A stretch of DNA of 64,000 nucleotides from Myxococcota bacterium. GTDB taxonomy: Bacteria; Myxococcota_A; UBA9160; JAFDDA01. Positions 1 through 10,870 of this stretch are shown piece after piece. Positions within the stretch are counted from its first letter, which is position 1; each line of letters starts with the position of its first letter. A program made the position numbers and the translations under genes. The notes beneath the pieces are model-generated. The model worked only from the letters and a program-made list of their open reading frames with translations. It was not told where the DNA came from and did no database searches. The DNA lies in the NCBI GenBank assembly GCA_965228475.1, contig OZ245817.1:1152001-1216000 (forward strand), given 5' to 3'.

Positions 1-659
<659 letters not shown>

Positions 660-1045
660 TTCGCGACAAGGATACAGGTTGTTCCTCGCACACGGCATCA
701 AAGCTCTCGCCGGGCCTACGAGTGAGGATCGCCTTGAGGGCGCCCGATGGCAGCGCCGAGTCAAGGATGATCTCAAGTACGCCTATCGGCGCCGGTTGCC
801 GCAGTCGACCCCTGCTGATCCGGCACGAGAGAGGACTCGAGTTCGCTCGGCCTGACTCGAGGCTATGGGTCTCTCGGCTTCCCTTGCTCGTCGCCGCCTG
901 GCGCTTCTATCGGCGGACCGCTGAGGGCAGAGCTGAGGTGATGCCTGTCGAGCGGAGACCGCCCAAGAAGAGACGGTCTGCGCTTGCCATGTGCTTGCCA
1001 GGCCGGCGAGCGCTCCGGGGCACCATTGGTAACCCCGCGAAAGGA

Positions 1046-1121
1046 TGGAGCCGACGAGCGGATTTGAACCGCTGACCTGCTGATTACGAATCAGCTGCTC
1101 TACCAACTGAGCTACGTCGGC
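1046..1121 (-). tRNA. tRNA-Thr(CGT)
   Basis: Reverse complement GCCGACGTAGCTCAGTTGGTAGAGCAGCTGATTCGTAATCAGCAGGTCAGCGGTTCAAATCCGCTCGTCGGCTCCA: 76 nt, cloverleaf, anticodon CGT, GTTCAAATC T-loop, encoded CCA. Confidence 0.97.
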
Positions 1122-1274
1122 TCGGCCGGCGGGCTTCGGGCGAAGCCTTTGGGTGCCGGGCGCCGGATTCTAGCGGGTCCGGGCGGGCGGCGCTGGGGGG
1201 CAAGCCTGCGGTTTCGTTGCCGGTTTTGGAAGGGTGGGGCGCCCGGGAGGGGGCGGCCGCGCGCTGGGCGCGGA

Positions 1275-1304
1275 TTGACCCCGGCTGCGCCCGCACCTTA
1301 AGAT
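1275..1304 (+). promoter_or_regulatory. Putative sigma70 promoter
   Basis: TTGACC (1275-1280), 18-nt spacer, TAAGAT (1299-1304), upstream of GGAGGA SD and ATG 1330. Confidence 0.55.
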
Positions 1305-1329
1305 GGGACTCCCCCCGGGAGGACCCGAC

Positions 1330-1653
1330 ATGCCGATGTTGCCCCTGATCGATCTGTTGATCCTGCTCGGCTGGACGTGCCTGATGGTCGGCGCGGTCCA
1401 GAAGGCCCTCTGGGTGGCCACGACGTATTCCTGGAAGTTCTTCGGCCTGGTGCCCTCTGATTTCCTCGGCCTCGCCGGGGTCTGCCTGCTCTTCGCGCTC
1501 ACGCTGGCCGCGCGCGCCTGGGTGAAGGTGAACGAGCCGCGTATGCTGACCCACGGCCGCCGCGCGGATGCGGAAGATCCGGCCGGGCTCGACCGCAGCG
1601 AGTGGACGGGCGGCAAGCCGATCGAGCGGCCCGAAACGGTCGCCAGCCGCTAG
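1330..1653 (+). CDS. Small membrane protein of unknown function (2 TM)
   Basis: GGAGGA SD before ATG 1330; two hydrophobic segments; host-like codon usage. Confidence 0.75.
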   Translation: MPMLPLIDLLILLGWTCLMVGAVQKALWVATTYSWKFFGLVPSDFLGLAGVCLLFALTLAARAWVKVNEPRMLTHGRRADAEDPAGLDRSEWTGGKPIERPETVASR

Positions 1654-1688
1654 GCCGCGCGAGCCGGCGGCGCGCCCGCACTCACGCC

Positions 1689-3332
1689 ATGACCGCCGCC
1701 ACCGCACCGGCCCGCTCCGCCGCCTGGCTGCACGGCCCCACGACGGATCTCGTCTTCGGCTGCGGCCTCTGGTACTTCGCGGCGTTCGCGCTTCTCGCCG
1801 TGGGCGGCGAATCGATCCGCCAGGCGGGCGGCGCCACCTGGATCCCGCTCGCGGTGCTCGTCTTCTCGACGCCGCACTACGGCGCGACGCTCCTGCGTGT
1901 CTACGAGCAGCGCGAAGACCGCCGCGCCTACCGCCTCTTCGCCGTGCACACGACCCTGCTCCTTCTGCTCGCCTTCGCGGCCGGCGTCCACATCCCGATC
2001 GTCGGCTCGGCCCTCCTCACGCTCTACATGACCTGGAGCCCCTGGCACTACGCCGGCCAGAACTACGGCCTCGCGGTGATGTTCCTGCGCCGCCGCGGCA
2101 TCGCCTTCGACGCGCGCACCAAACGCGCCCTCTACCTCACCTTCTTCCTCTCCTTCCTCCTCACCTTCCTGATGTCCCACGGCCGCGGAAGCTTCGTGAA
2201 TTACACGCCGCTGGCCTACGCGGAGGGCGGCTACCACTTCCTCCCCCTCGGCCTCCCGCAGCCCTACACGGGCTGGCTGCTCTCGGCGGTGTTCGTGGCC
2301 TACGCGGGCGCGGTGCTCTACGCGGTGGCGGGGCTCTGGCGGAGCGCCGCTTCGCTCCGCGCCATCGTGCCCTCGCTGCTCCTCATGGCGAGCCAATCGC
2401 TCTGGTTCGCGGTGCCGACGCTCGCGCGCCACTTCGGCTTCGCGCAGAACGTCGGGCCGCTCGGCCTCCAGGCCGAGAGCTGGTACTTCCTGTGGATCGC
2501 GATCGCGCACTCGCTCCAGTATTTGTGGGTGACGTCGGCCTTCGCCGAGGGCCGCGGCAACTGGGGTGGGCTGCGCCCCTACCTCGGCAAGACGATGCTC
2601 GCGGGCGCCTGCGTCTGGGTGCTGCCGGTGCTCGCCTTCTCGCCCGACGCCCTCGGCCGGCTCTCCTTCGACGCCGGCCTCGGCCTGCTCGTGGCCTCGA
2701 TCGTGAACCTCCACCACTTCATCCTCGACGGCGCGATCTGGAAGCTCCGCGATGGCCGCGTGGCGAAGCTCCTGATGCGCGACCCGGGCGACTCACGGGA
2801 AGGGGAGGGCGCCGGCCGAAGCTGGCTCCGCCCGGCGGTCTGGGCGACGGGCGCGGCCTGCACGGCAATCCTCTTCTACGGCCACTGGGCGAGCGAGATC
2901 CGGCTCCCACGCCTGATCGCCCTCGAAGAGCGCGAGGCGAGCGGTGCGCTCCTCGAGCAGCTCCGCTTCCTCGGCCGCGACTCCGCCGCCGGGCGCGACG
3001 GCTTCGCCCAGGTCTCCCTGCGCGGCGGCCGCCCGGACGAGGCGATTGCCGCCTACGCCCGCTCCGCCGAGCTCCATCCGAAGGCCGAGACCTACTTCAA
3101 GATCGGAAAGCTCCAGTTCGAGCGCCGCCGCTTCCCGGAATCGATCGCGGCGCTCGAGGCCTGCCTTGCACTCCGCCCGAACGCCCACGACGCCCACTTC
3201 CTCCTCGGCCGCGTCCACATGACCGCCGGCGACACGGAGAGCGCCCGCCGCGCCTTCGAACGCGCCGCCGAGCTCGCCCCCGAGCGGAAGATCTACCAGC
3301 GCATGATCGAGCAGGTTGGGGCGTCGGGCTGA
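1689..3332 (+). CDS. Polytopic membrane protein with His motifs and C-terminal TPR repeats
   Basis: Many TM segments carrying PHYGAT, WHYAGQNYG, AHSLQY and HHFILDGAIW; TPR-like C-terminus (AETYFKIGKL..., AHFLLGRV...). Confidence 0.85.
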   Translation: MTAATAPARSAAWLHGPTTDLVFGCGLWYFAAFALLAVGGESIRQAGGATWIPLAVLVFSTPHYGATLLRVYEQREDRRAYRLFAVHTTLLLLLAFAAGVHIPIVGSALLTLYMTWSPWHYAGQNYGLAVMFLRRRGIAFDARTKRALYLTFFLSFLLTFLMSHGRGSFVNYTPLAYAEGGYHFLPLGLPQPYTGWLLSAVFVAYAGAVLYAVAGLWRSAASLRAIVPSLLLMASQSLWFAVPTLARHFGFAQNVGPLGLQAESWYFLWIAIAHSLQYLWVTSAFAEGRGNWGGLRPYLGKTMLAGACVWVLPVLAFSPDALGRLSFDAGLGLLVASIVNLHHFILDGAIWKLRDGRVAKLLMRDPGDSREGEGAGRSWLRPAVWATGAACTAILFYGHWASEIRLPRLIALEEREASGALLEQLRFLGRDSAAGRDGFAQVSLRGGRPDEAIAAYARSAELHPKAETYFKIGKLQFERRRFPESIAALEACLALRPNAHDAHFLLGRVHMTAGDTESARRAFERAAELAPERKIYQRMIEQVGASG

Positions 3333-3382
3333 GCTAGGCCGCTGGTCCGAGGACGAGACCGAACCCCAGCCCCAGACGCAAA

Positions 3383-3418
3383 TCGACCCACGCTGCGGTG
3401 CCGTGCAGCGTGGGTCGA
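3383..3418. terminator. Strong hairpin, probable terminator between convergent genes
   Basis: TCGACCCACGCTGC-GGTGCCGT-GCAGCGTGGGTCGA, perfect 14-bp stem; followed by TTTG on the minus strand. Confidence 0.6.
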
Positions 3419-3500
3419 GTGCTGAGGAGTGAAAAGGCTCTCGCTCCGCGAAAAGCTTTGGAGGCTCGAGCCAGGCTCCCTCTCGAAAGGCGGTGCCTGC

Positions 3501-3599
3501 CTAACGAACGACGAGCCGACTCGCCGAAATCGCGAGCTCCTTGTAGAGCCCGGCAATGTCGGAAACGAACCGGTACGCGCGTCGGGTGGCCTGCTTCAT
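3501..3599 (-). CDS. Candidate 32-aa small protein
   Basis: MKQATRRAYRFVSDIAGLYKELAISASRLVVR*, preceded by strong SD AGGAGGA in an otherwise empty intergenic region. Confidence 0.55.
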   Translation of the reverse strand: MKQATRRAYRFVSDIAGLYKELAISASRLVVR

Positions 3600-3756
3600 C
3601 TCGATTCCTCCTGTCCCTCTCACAGGGGAAGTGGGCGCGAGGGCCGGGCGCGTGGCGCGGAATCTGAGTCCCAGGGGCCGCCGAGGGGCCTCCCGGGGTG
3701 GATTTTCCGAGCTTCCCCGCGGGGATGCGGCTCCCAGTTGCGATACATTCCCCACC

Positions 3757-4713
3757 GTGAGCACCCCGAGCCAAAGCGCGCCGGACCGCCGGATCTGGGT
3801 CGACGGGGCCCTCCGCCCCTGGGCCGAGGCGACGGTCCACGTGATGTCCCACTCGATGCAGCGGGGCTCGCTGGTCTTTGACTTCCTCTCGGTCCACGAG
3901 ACGCCGCGCGGCGCCGCCGTCTTCCGGCTCGACGAGCACCTCGAGCGCTTTGCCGCCTCGAACGAGCTGGTCGGCCTGCCCCAGGAGCGCGGCACGGCGG
4001 AGCTGCGCGCCGCGGTGCTCGAGACCGTGCGCGCGAACCCGGGCGCGAAGTGCGTGAAGATCTGCGCGTACCTGCCCTCGATCGAGATCGAGGTCGTGCC
4101 GATGGACGCGCGCGTTTCCGTTTCGATCGCCGCCTACGATCCGGTGGCCGACATCATCGCCCACAACGCCGGCACGCCCCACGCGGGCGCGGCCTCGAAG
4201 CTCTGGATCGAGAAGGAACGCCGCAACCGCCGCGCGGACATCCTGCCGCCCCAGGCCAAGGTCGCCGCGAACTACACCTCGCCCATGGTCGCGAAGTGGC
4301 GCGCGCGCAAGAACGGCTACGACGACATCCTGCTCGTCGACGAAGACGGCTTCCTCGCCGAAGCGCCCACGTGCAACGTCTTCCTCGTCGACGCGGAGGG
4401 CACGCTCCGCACGCCGCCCGAGGGCCGCGTGCTGCTCGGCGTGACGCGCCGGACGATCCTCGACGTCGCCCGCCACGACGGCCGAACCGTCCGCGAGGAG
4501 CCGATCCGGCCGGACGAACTCTTCGAGGTGGAGGAGGCCTTCCTCACCGCGACCACGGCGGGCGTGCTGCCGGTGGCCTCCGTCGACGGGAAGAGCATCG
4601 GGACGACCTGCCCCGGCCCCGTCACGAAGGCGCTCGGCCAGCGCCTCCACGAAGTGACGAGCGGCGCGGACCCGGCCTTCCACCACTGGCTCGCCTTCGC
4701 GGAGGAGTCCTAG
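3757..4713 (+). CDS. PLP-dependent aminotransferase class IV (IlvE/PabC/D-AAT fold)
   Basis: IWVDG, FRLDEHLERF, catalytic K in QAKVAANY, EAPTCNVF, LLGVTR, EAFLTATT; GTG start inferred. Confidence 0.9.
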   Translation: MSTPSQSAPDRRIWVDGALRPWAEATVHVMSHSMQRGSLVFDFLSVHETPRGAAVFRLDEHLERFAASNELVGLPQERGTAELRAAVLETVRANPGAKCVKICAYLPSIEIEVVPMDARVSVSIAAYDPVADIIAHNAGTPHAGAASKLWIEKERRNRRADILPPQAKVAANYTSPMVAKWRARKNGYDDILLVDEDGFLAEAPTCNVFLVDAEGTLRTPPEGRVLLGVTRRTILDVARHDGRTVREEPIRPDELFEVEEAFLTATTAGVLPVASVDGKSIGTTCPGPVTKALGQRLHEVTSGADPAFHHWLAFAEES

Positions 4714-4715
4714 CC

Positions 4716-5681
4716 ATGCGCGTGCTTTCGGGCGTGCAGCCCTCGGGCGAGCTCCACATCGGCAACTACTTCGGGGCGCTCGCGCCGCAGCTCGAGCTGC
4801 AGGCGGCCCACGAGGTCTTCTACTTCATCGCGGACTACCACTCGATGAACTCGGTGCGCGACGCCGCCGAGCGCCGCGCGCTGACCCGCGGCGTCGCCCT
4901 CGACTACCTGGCCTGCGGCCTCGACCCGGCCCGCGCCGCGCTCTACCGCCAGTCGGACTTCCCGGAAGTGACCGAGCTGACCTGGCTGCTTTCGACGCTC
5001 ACGCCCATGGGGCTCCTCGAGCGCGCCGTTTCCTACAAGGACAAGATCGCCCAGGGGCAATCGGCCGATCACGGGCTCTTCGCCTACCCGGTGCTCCAGG
5101 CCGCGGACATTCTGATCGTGAACCCGGACGTCGTGCCCGTCGGCCAGGACCAGAAGCAGCACATCGAGATGACGCGCGACATCGCCGCGCGCTTCAACAA
5201 TACGTATGGCGAGCTCTTCCAGCTCCCCGAGCCGATGATCCGCGAAGAGGTCGCCGTCGTCCCCGGCACCGACGGCCGCAAGATGAGCAAGAGCTACGGC
5301 AACGTGATCCCGATGTTCGCTTCGAAGGGCAAGATGAAGAAGGCCGTGATGGGGATCGTCACGGACTCCGTGCCCGTCGAGGAACCGAAGAAGTGGGACA
5401 CGCCGCTCTTCCAGCTCTGGTCGCTCTTCGCGACGAAGGCCGAGCGCGAAGAGATGCGCACGCGCGCCGAGGCCGGCGGGCTCGGCTACGGCGACGCGAA
5501 GAAGGATCTCCTCGAGCGCGTGCTCGCGCACTTCGGGCCCCTGCGCGAGGCGCGCGAGGACTGGGAGAAGCGGCCGGACGACGTCGAGGACGTGCTCGCC
5601 GAGGGCGTGCGGCGGGCCCGGGAGATCGGCGGCCCGGTGCTCGAAGAGGCCCGGCGGCTCGCGGGGCTCGGCCGGGGCTAG
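4716..5681 (+). CDS. trpS: Tryptophanyl-tRNA synthetase
   Basis: SGVQPSGELHIGNY, YPVLQAADIL, VPVGQDQKQH, KMSKS. Confidence 0.97.
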   Translation: MRVLSGVQPSGELHIGNYFGALAPQLELQAAHEVFYFIADYHSMNSVRDAAERRALTRGVALDYLACGLDPARAALYRQSDFPEVTELTWLLSTLTPMGLLERAVSYKDKIAQGQSADHGLFAYPVLQAADILIVNPDVVPVGQDQKQHIEMTRDIAARFNNTYGELFQLPEPMIREEVAVVPGTDGRKMSKSYGNVIPMFASKGKMKKAVMGIVTDSVPVEEPKKWDTPLFQLWSLFATKAEREEMRTRAEAGGLGYGDAKKDLLERVLAHFGPLREAREDWEKRPDDVEDVLAEGVRRAREIGGPVLEEARRLAGLGRG

Positions 5682-5785
5682 CCCCAGGCACCCCTTTTCG
5701 GGGCCCGTGGCCCGTGTTCGAGCTCATTTCAGCGCATGCACCGCCGCAAGTCCCCGACATCAAATCGTTTTCAGCTTTTTCGAAA

Positions 5786-5802
5786 TTGACATTGATTTTC
5801 AA
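5786..5802. promoter_or_regulatory. Putative Fur box
   Basis: TTGACATTGATTTTCAA matches the deltaproteobacterial Fur-type palindrome WTGAAAATNATTTTCAW at 15/17; AT-rich patch directly upstream of bfd-bfr, overlapping -35-like hexamers. Confidence 0.7.
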
Positions 5803-5877
5803 TTTCAGGCTCGTATGCTGTGCTCCGATCCGGTGGAGAGGGGGCTCCTCTCGCCGGGCGCCGCTGGAGAACGCACG

Positions 5878-6090
5878 TTGATCGTCTGCCATTGCCGCCG
5901 CATCACCGACCGTCAGATCCGCAAAGTCGTCCGCGAGGGCGCGAGTTCCGTGGGCGAGGTCGCACGCGCGTGCGGCGCCGTCACCGGCTGTGGAGGCTGC
6001 GCGACGGTCGTCCACGAGATCGTGAACGAAGAGCTCGACGGCGCGAAGATGGAGACCATCACGAGCCCGCTCCTCGCCGAAGCCGGCTGA
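5878..6090 (+). CDS. bfd: Bacterioferritin-associated ferredoxin (2Fe-2S)
   Basis: TTG start after GGAGA; IVCHC...CGGC motif; immediately upstream of bfr. Confidence 0.92.
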   Translation: MIVCHCRRITDRQIRKVVREGASSVGEVARACGAVTGCGGCATVVHEIVNEELDGAKMETITSPLLAEAG

Positions 6091-6216
6091 TCGCCGCTTC
6101 CGCCCGCCGGCCCGGGCCGGCCCCCCGCTCCTGAAATCGAATTCCGCTTTCGTTTGGTTGGCGAGCCGCGCCCGACCGACTAGTTTCGCCTCTTCCCCAA
6201 CGAGGAGAGGCGAGAC

Positions 6217-6687
6217 ATGAAGGGCGATCCCGAAATCATCGAGCGGCTGAACGATTGTCTCACCGCGGAGCTCACCGCGATCAACCAGTACTTCATCCAC
6301 TCGCGCATGTGCGAGAACTGGGGCTACGTGCGCCTCGCCAAGCAGAAGTACGACGAGTCGATCGACGAGATGAAGCACGCGGACGCCGTGATCAAGCGCA
6401 TCCTCTACTTCGACGGCACGCCGAACATGCAGCGCCTGAACCCGGTGCGGGTGGGCGAGGACCCCGTCGAGCAGCACAAGCTCGATCTCGAACTGGAACT
6501 CGACAACATCGAGCGCCTGAACGCCGGCATCAAGGCCTGCCGCGAGAAGGGCGACAACGGCACCCGCGCGCTGCTCGAGGAGATCCTCCAGGGCGAGGAA
6601 GAGGGCGCGGACTGGCTCGAGGGCCAGCTCCACGCCATCAACGAAGTCGGCAAGGAGAACTACCTCGCCGAGCAGCTGAACGAGTAG
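6217..6687 (+). CDS. bfr: Bacterioferritin
   Basis: MKGD..ELTAINQYFIH...ESIDEMKHAD with ferroxidase residues and the heme Met. Confidence 0.97.
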   Translation: MKGDPEIIERLNDCLTAELTAINQYFIHSRMCENWGYVRLAKQKYDESIDEMKHADAVIKRILYFDGTPNMQRLNPVRVGEDPVEQHKLDLELELDNIERLNAGIKACREKGDNGTRALLEEILQGEEEGADWLEGQLHAINEVGKENYLAEQLNE

Positions 6688-6696
6688 CTCCCGCCG

Positions 6697-7506
6697 CTAG
6701 GCCTGGATCGCGAGCTGGCGCGATTGCGCGAGCAGGGTGCCGTCGGGCGCCCAGATCTCTCCGTCTTCCTCGAGAAAGCCGTCGGCGACGACGCGCGTCT
6801 GGAAGCTCGCCAGCACGTGGGTGCCGGGCACGAGCGCCCGGGTGGCCTCCGGAGCGCGGAAGTGCACCGAGAGGTCGATCGTCGGGATGTGGCCGAGGCT
6901 GCCGGGCTCCGTCGCCACCGAGAAGATCGCGGGCGGCAGTGCATCCGCGAGGGTGGCCACGACGACGGCGTCGGTCGCCTGGGGCTCGGAGAGGCGGATC
7001 CACGCCGCCGAGCGCCCCTGCCGCGAGCCCGACCACGGGTGCTCCGGGATGGCCCAGCGCATGTCGACCTGTTCGTGGAAGGGGAGCTTCATGCCGCCGG
7101 GGCGCAGCGGGAGCGGCTCGGCGCGCTCGAGCGGGATCACCTCCGGCATGCGGGCGTCGTGCATTTCGAGGCCCTGCCGCGGCTTCGAGAGGGCGGCCAT
7201 GCCGATCGCGATCAGGCGGTCGCCCTGGAGCATGCGGGCGGTCATGGTCGAGAGCGAGCGGCCCGCGCGCTCGACGGTGGTCTCGATCTCGACGTCCTCG
7301 CCCTCGGGCCGGCGCAGGTAGTGCACCGTGAAGGAGCGCGGCTCGCGCTCGGCGTCTTCGGCGGCGGCCTCGATTGCGCGCAGCATCACGCCGGCCATGT
7401 AGCCGCCGTTCGGCCCGGCGACGATGAACCACGCCGGGTCGAGCCGGGCGCGGAACCGCCCCGGCGCGGTGGCCTCCACCGCGGTGTCCAGTTCGAACTT
7501 GGTCAT
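6697..7506 (-). CDS. Acyl-CoA thioesterase family (double hotdog, TesB-like)
   Basis: W..GPNGGY, ERAGRS, LADALPP, PTIDLSVHF, GEIW..DG.LLAQSRQ. Confidence 0.88.
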   Translation of the reverse strand: MTKFELDTAVEATAPGRFRARLDPAWFIVAGPNGGYMAGVMLRAIEAAAEDAEREPRSFTVHYLRRPEGEDVEIETTVERAGRSLSTMTARMLQGDRLIAIGMAALSKPRQGLEMHDARMPEVIPLERAEPLPLRPGGMKLPFHEQVDMRWAIPEHPWSGSRQGRSAAWIRLSEPQATDAVVVATLADALPPAIFSVATEPGSLGHIPTIDLSVHFRAPEATRALVPGTHVLASFQTRVVADGFLEEDGEIWAPDGTLLAQSRQLAIQA

Positions 7507-7640
7507 GGGTCGTGATCTCTCCGCCGGGCGCGTTCTAGGAGGATACCCGGATTTTGCCCTCCCCGGCGGCCGCGCGTGCGGCGGATCACAGGCCCGGCCG
7601 GGGCCGGCGTCGATGGAGCCAGCAAGGGAAGGGGAGGGGT

Positions 7641-7964
7641 ATGGAGAGCAAACGAGTCTCGACGATGCTGGTCGCCAAGTTCAAGGCGTGCGGGAAGCTC
7701 GGGGAAGGGAAGATCCGGAATCTCGGTCTCGGCGGGCTGTTCGTCGGGACGCCGTCGATTCCGCCCTCGGGCGAGACCGTGCGCGTGCGCTTCCGGCTGC
7801 CCGACGGCCAGATGGCCGACGTCTCGGGCATGGTCTGGTGGACCACCAAGCAGGACGCCGGCCGCCACCGTGTGCCGGGCTTCGGCCTGCGCCTGATCGA
7901 CGCGGACCCGGCCTACGAGAAGGCCGTGCGCCAGATGGTGGAGGCCGACGCGAGCCGCTTCTAG
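7641..7964 (+). CDS. Stand-alone PilZ-domain protein
   Basis: NLGLGGLFV (D/NxSxxG-like), V.F.LP, G.V.W, GFGLRL; GGAGG SD. Confidence 0.8.
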   Translation: MESKRVSTMLVAKFKACGKLGEGKIRNLGLGGLFVGTPSIPPSGETVRVRFRLPDGQMADVSGMVWWTTKQDAGRHRVPGFGLRLIDADPAYEKAVRQMVEADASRF

Positions 7965-7988
7965 CGCGCCGTCCGCGGCCTCGATGCC

Positions 7989-8040
7989 AAACGAGAACAC
8001 GCCCCGGCGGCCTCGCGGCCACCGGGGCGTGTCTTTCGTT
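7989..8040. terminator. Bidirectional intrinsic terminator between the PilZ gene and clpB
   Basis: ACACGCCCCGG...CCGGGGCGTGT stem flanked by an A-rich left side and TCTTTCGTT right side. Confidence 0.7.
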
Positions 8041-8057
8041 GCGGGCCGCCCCGCCCG

Positions 8058-10649
<2,592 letters not shown>

Positions 10650-10742
10650 AGGCCGACAAGCCTAAGCACCACCCAGCGCCGTCAAGCCCCGGTCGTTCAA
10701 CCCTCCCAGGGCCGTGAGAGGGACCTCAAGCCCACCACCGAC

Positions 10743-10866
10743 CGCGAGGGCGGGCCGGGGGCGGCTCAGGCGAAGTAAAGCGCAGCCCGCACTCGGACCT
10801 GGAAGACGCCACCCCCGCCCGACAGGGCGAGCCATGAGCCGGAGTCGCCCCCGGCCCGCCCTCGCG
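10743..10866. repeat. 124-bp element bounded by 25-bp inverted repeats
   Basis: CGCGAGGGCGGGCCGGGGGCGGCTC (10743-10767) versus GAGTCGCCCCCGGCCCGCCCTCGCG (10842-10866): 24/25 complementary. Confidence 0.8.
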
Positions 10867-10870
10867 CGCC

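Noticed and set aside
722..1106. ORFs 722-1075 (+) and 783-1106 (-)
   Set aside because: They overlap the tRNA and the putative att region, and have no recognisable protein features
3333..3756. T-box or Trp attenuator for the aminotransferase-trpS unit
   Set aside because: No T-box consensus seen; the sORF is on the opposite strand and has no Trp codons
10650..10740. CIRCE/HrcA operator upstream of clpB
   Set aside because: Only a partial TAAGCACC resemblance; no TTAGCACTC-N9-GAGTGCTAA inverted repeat
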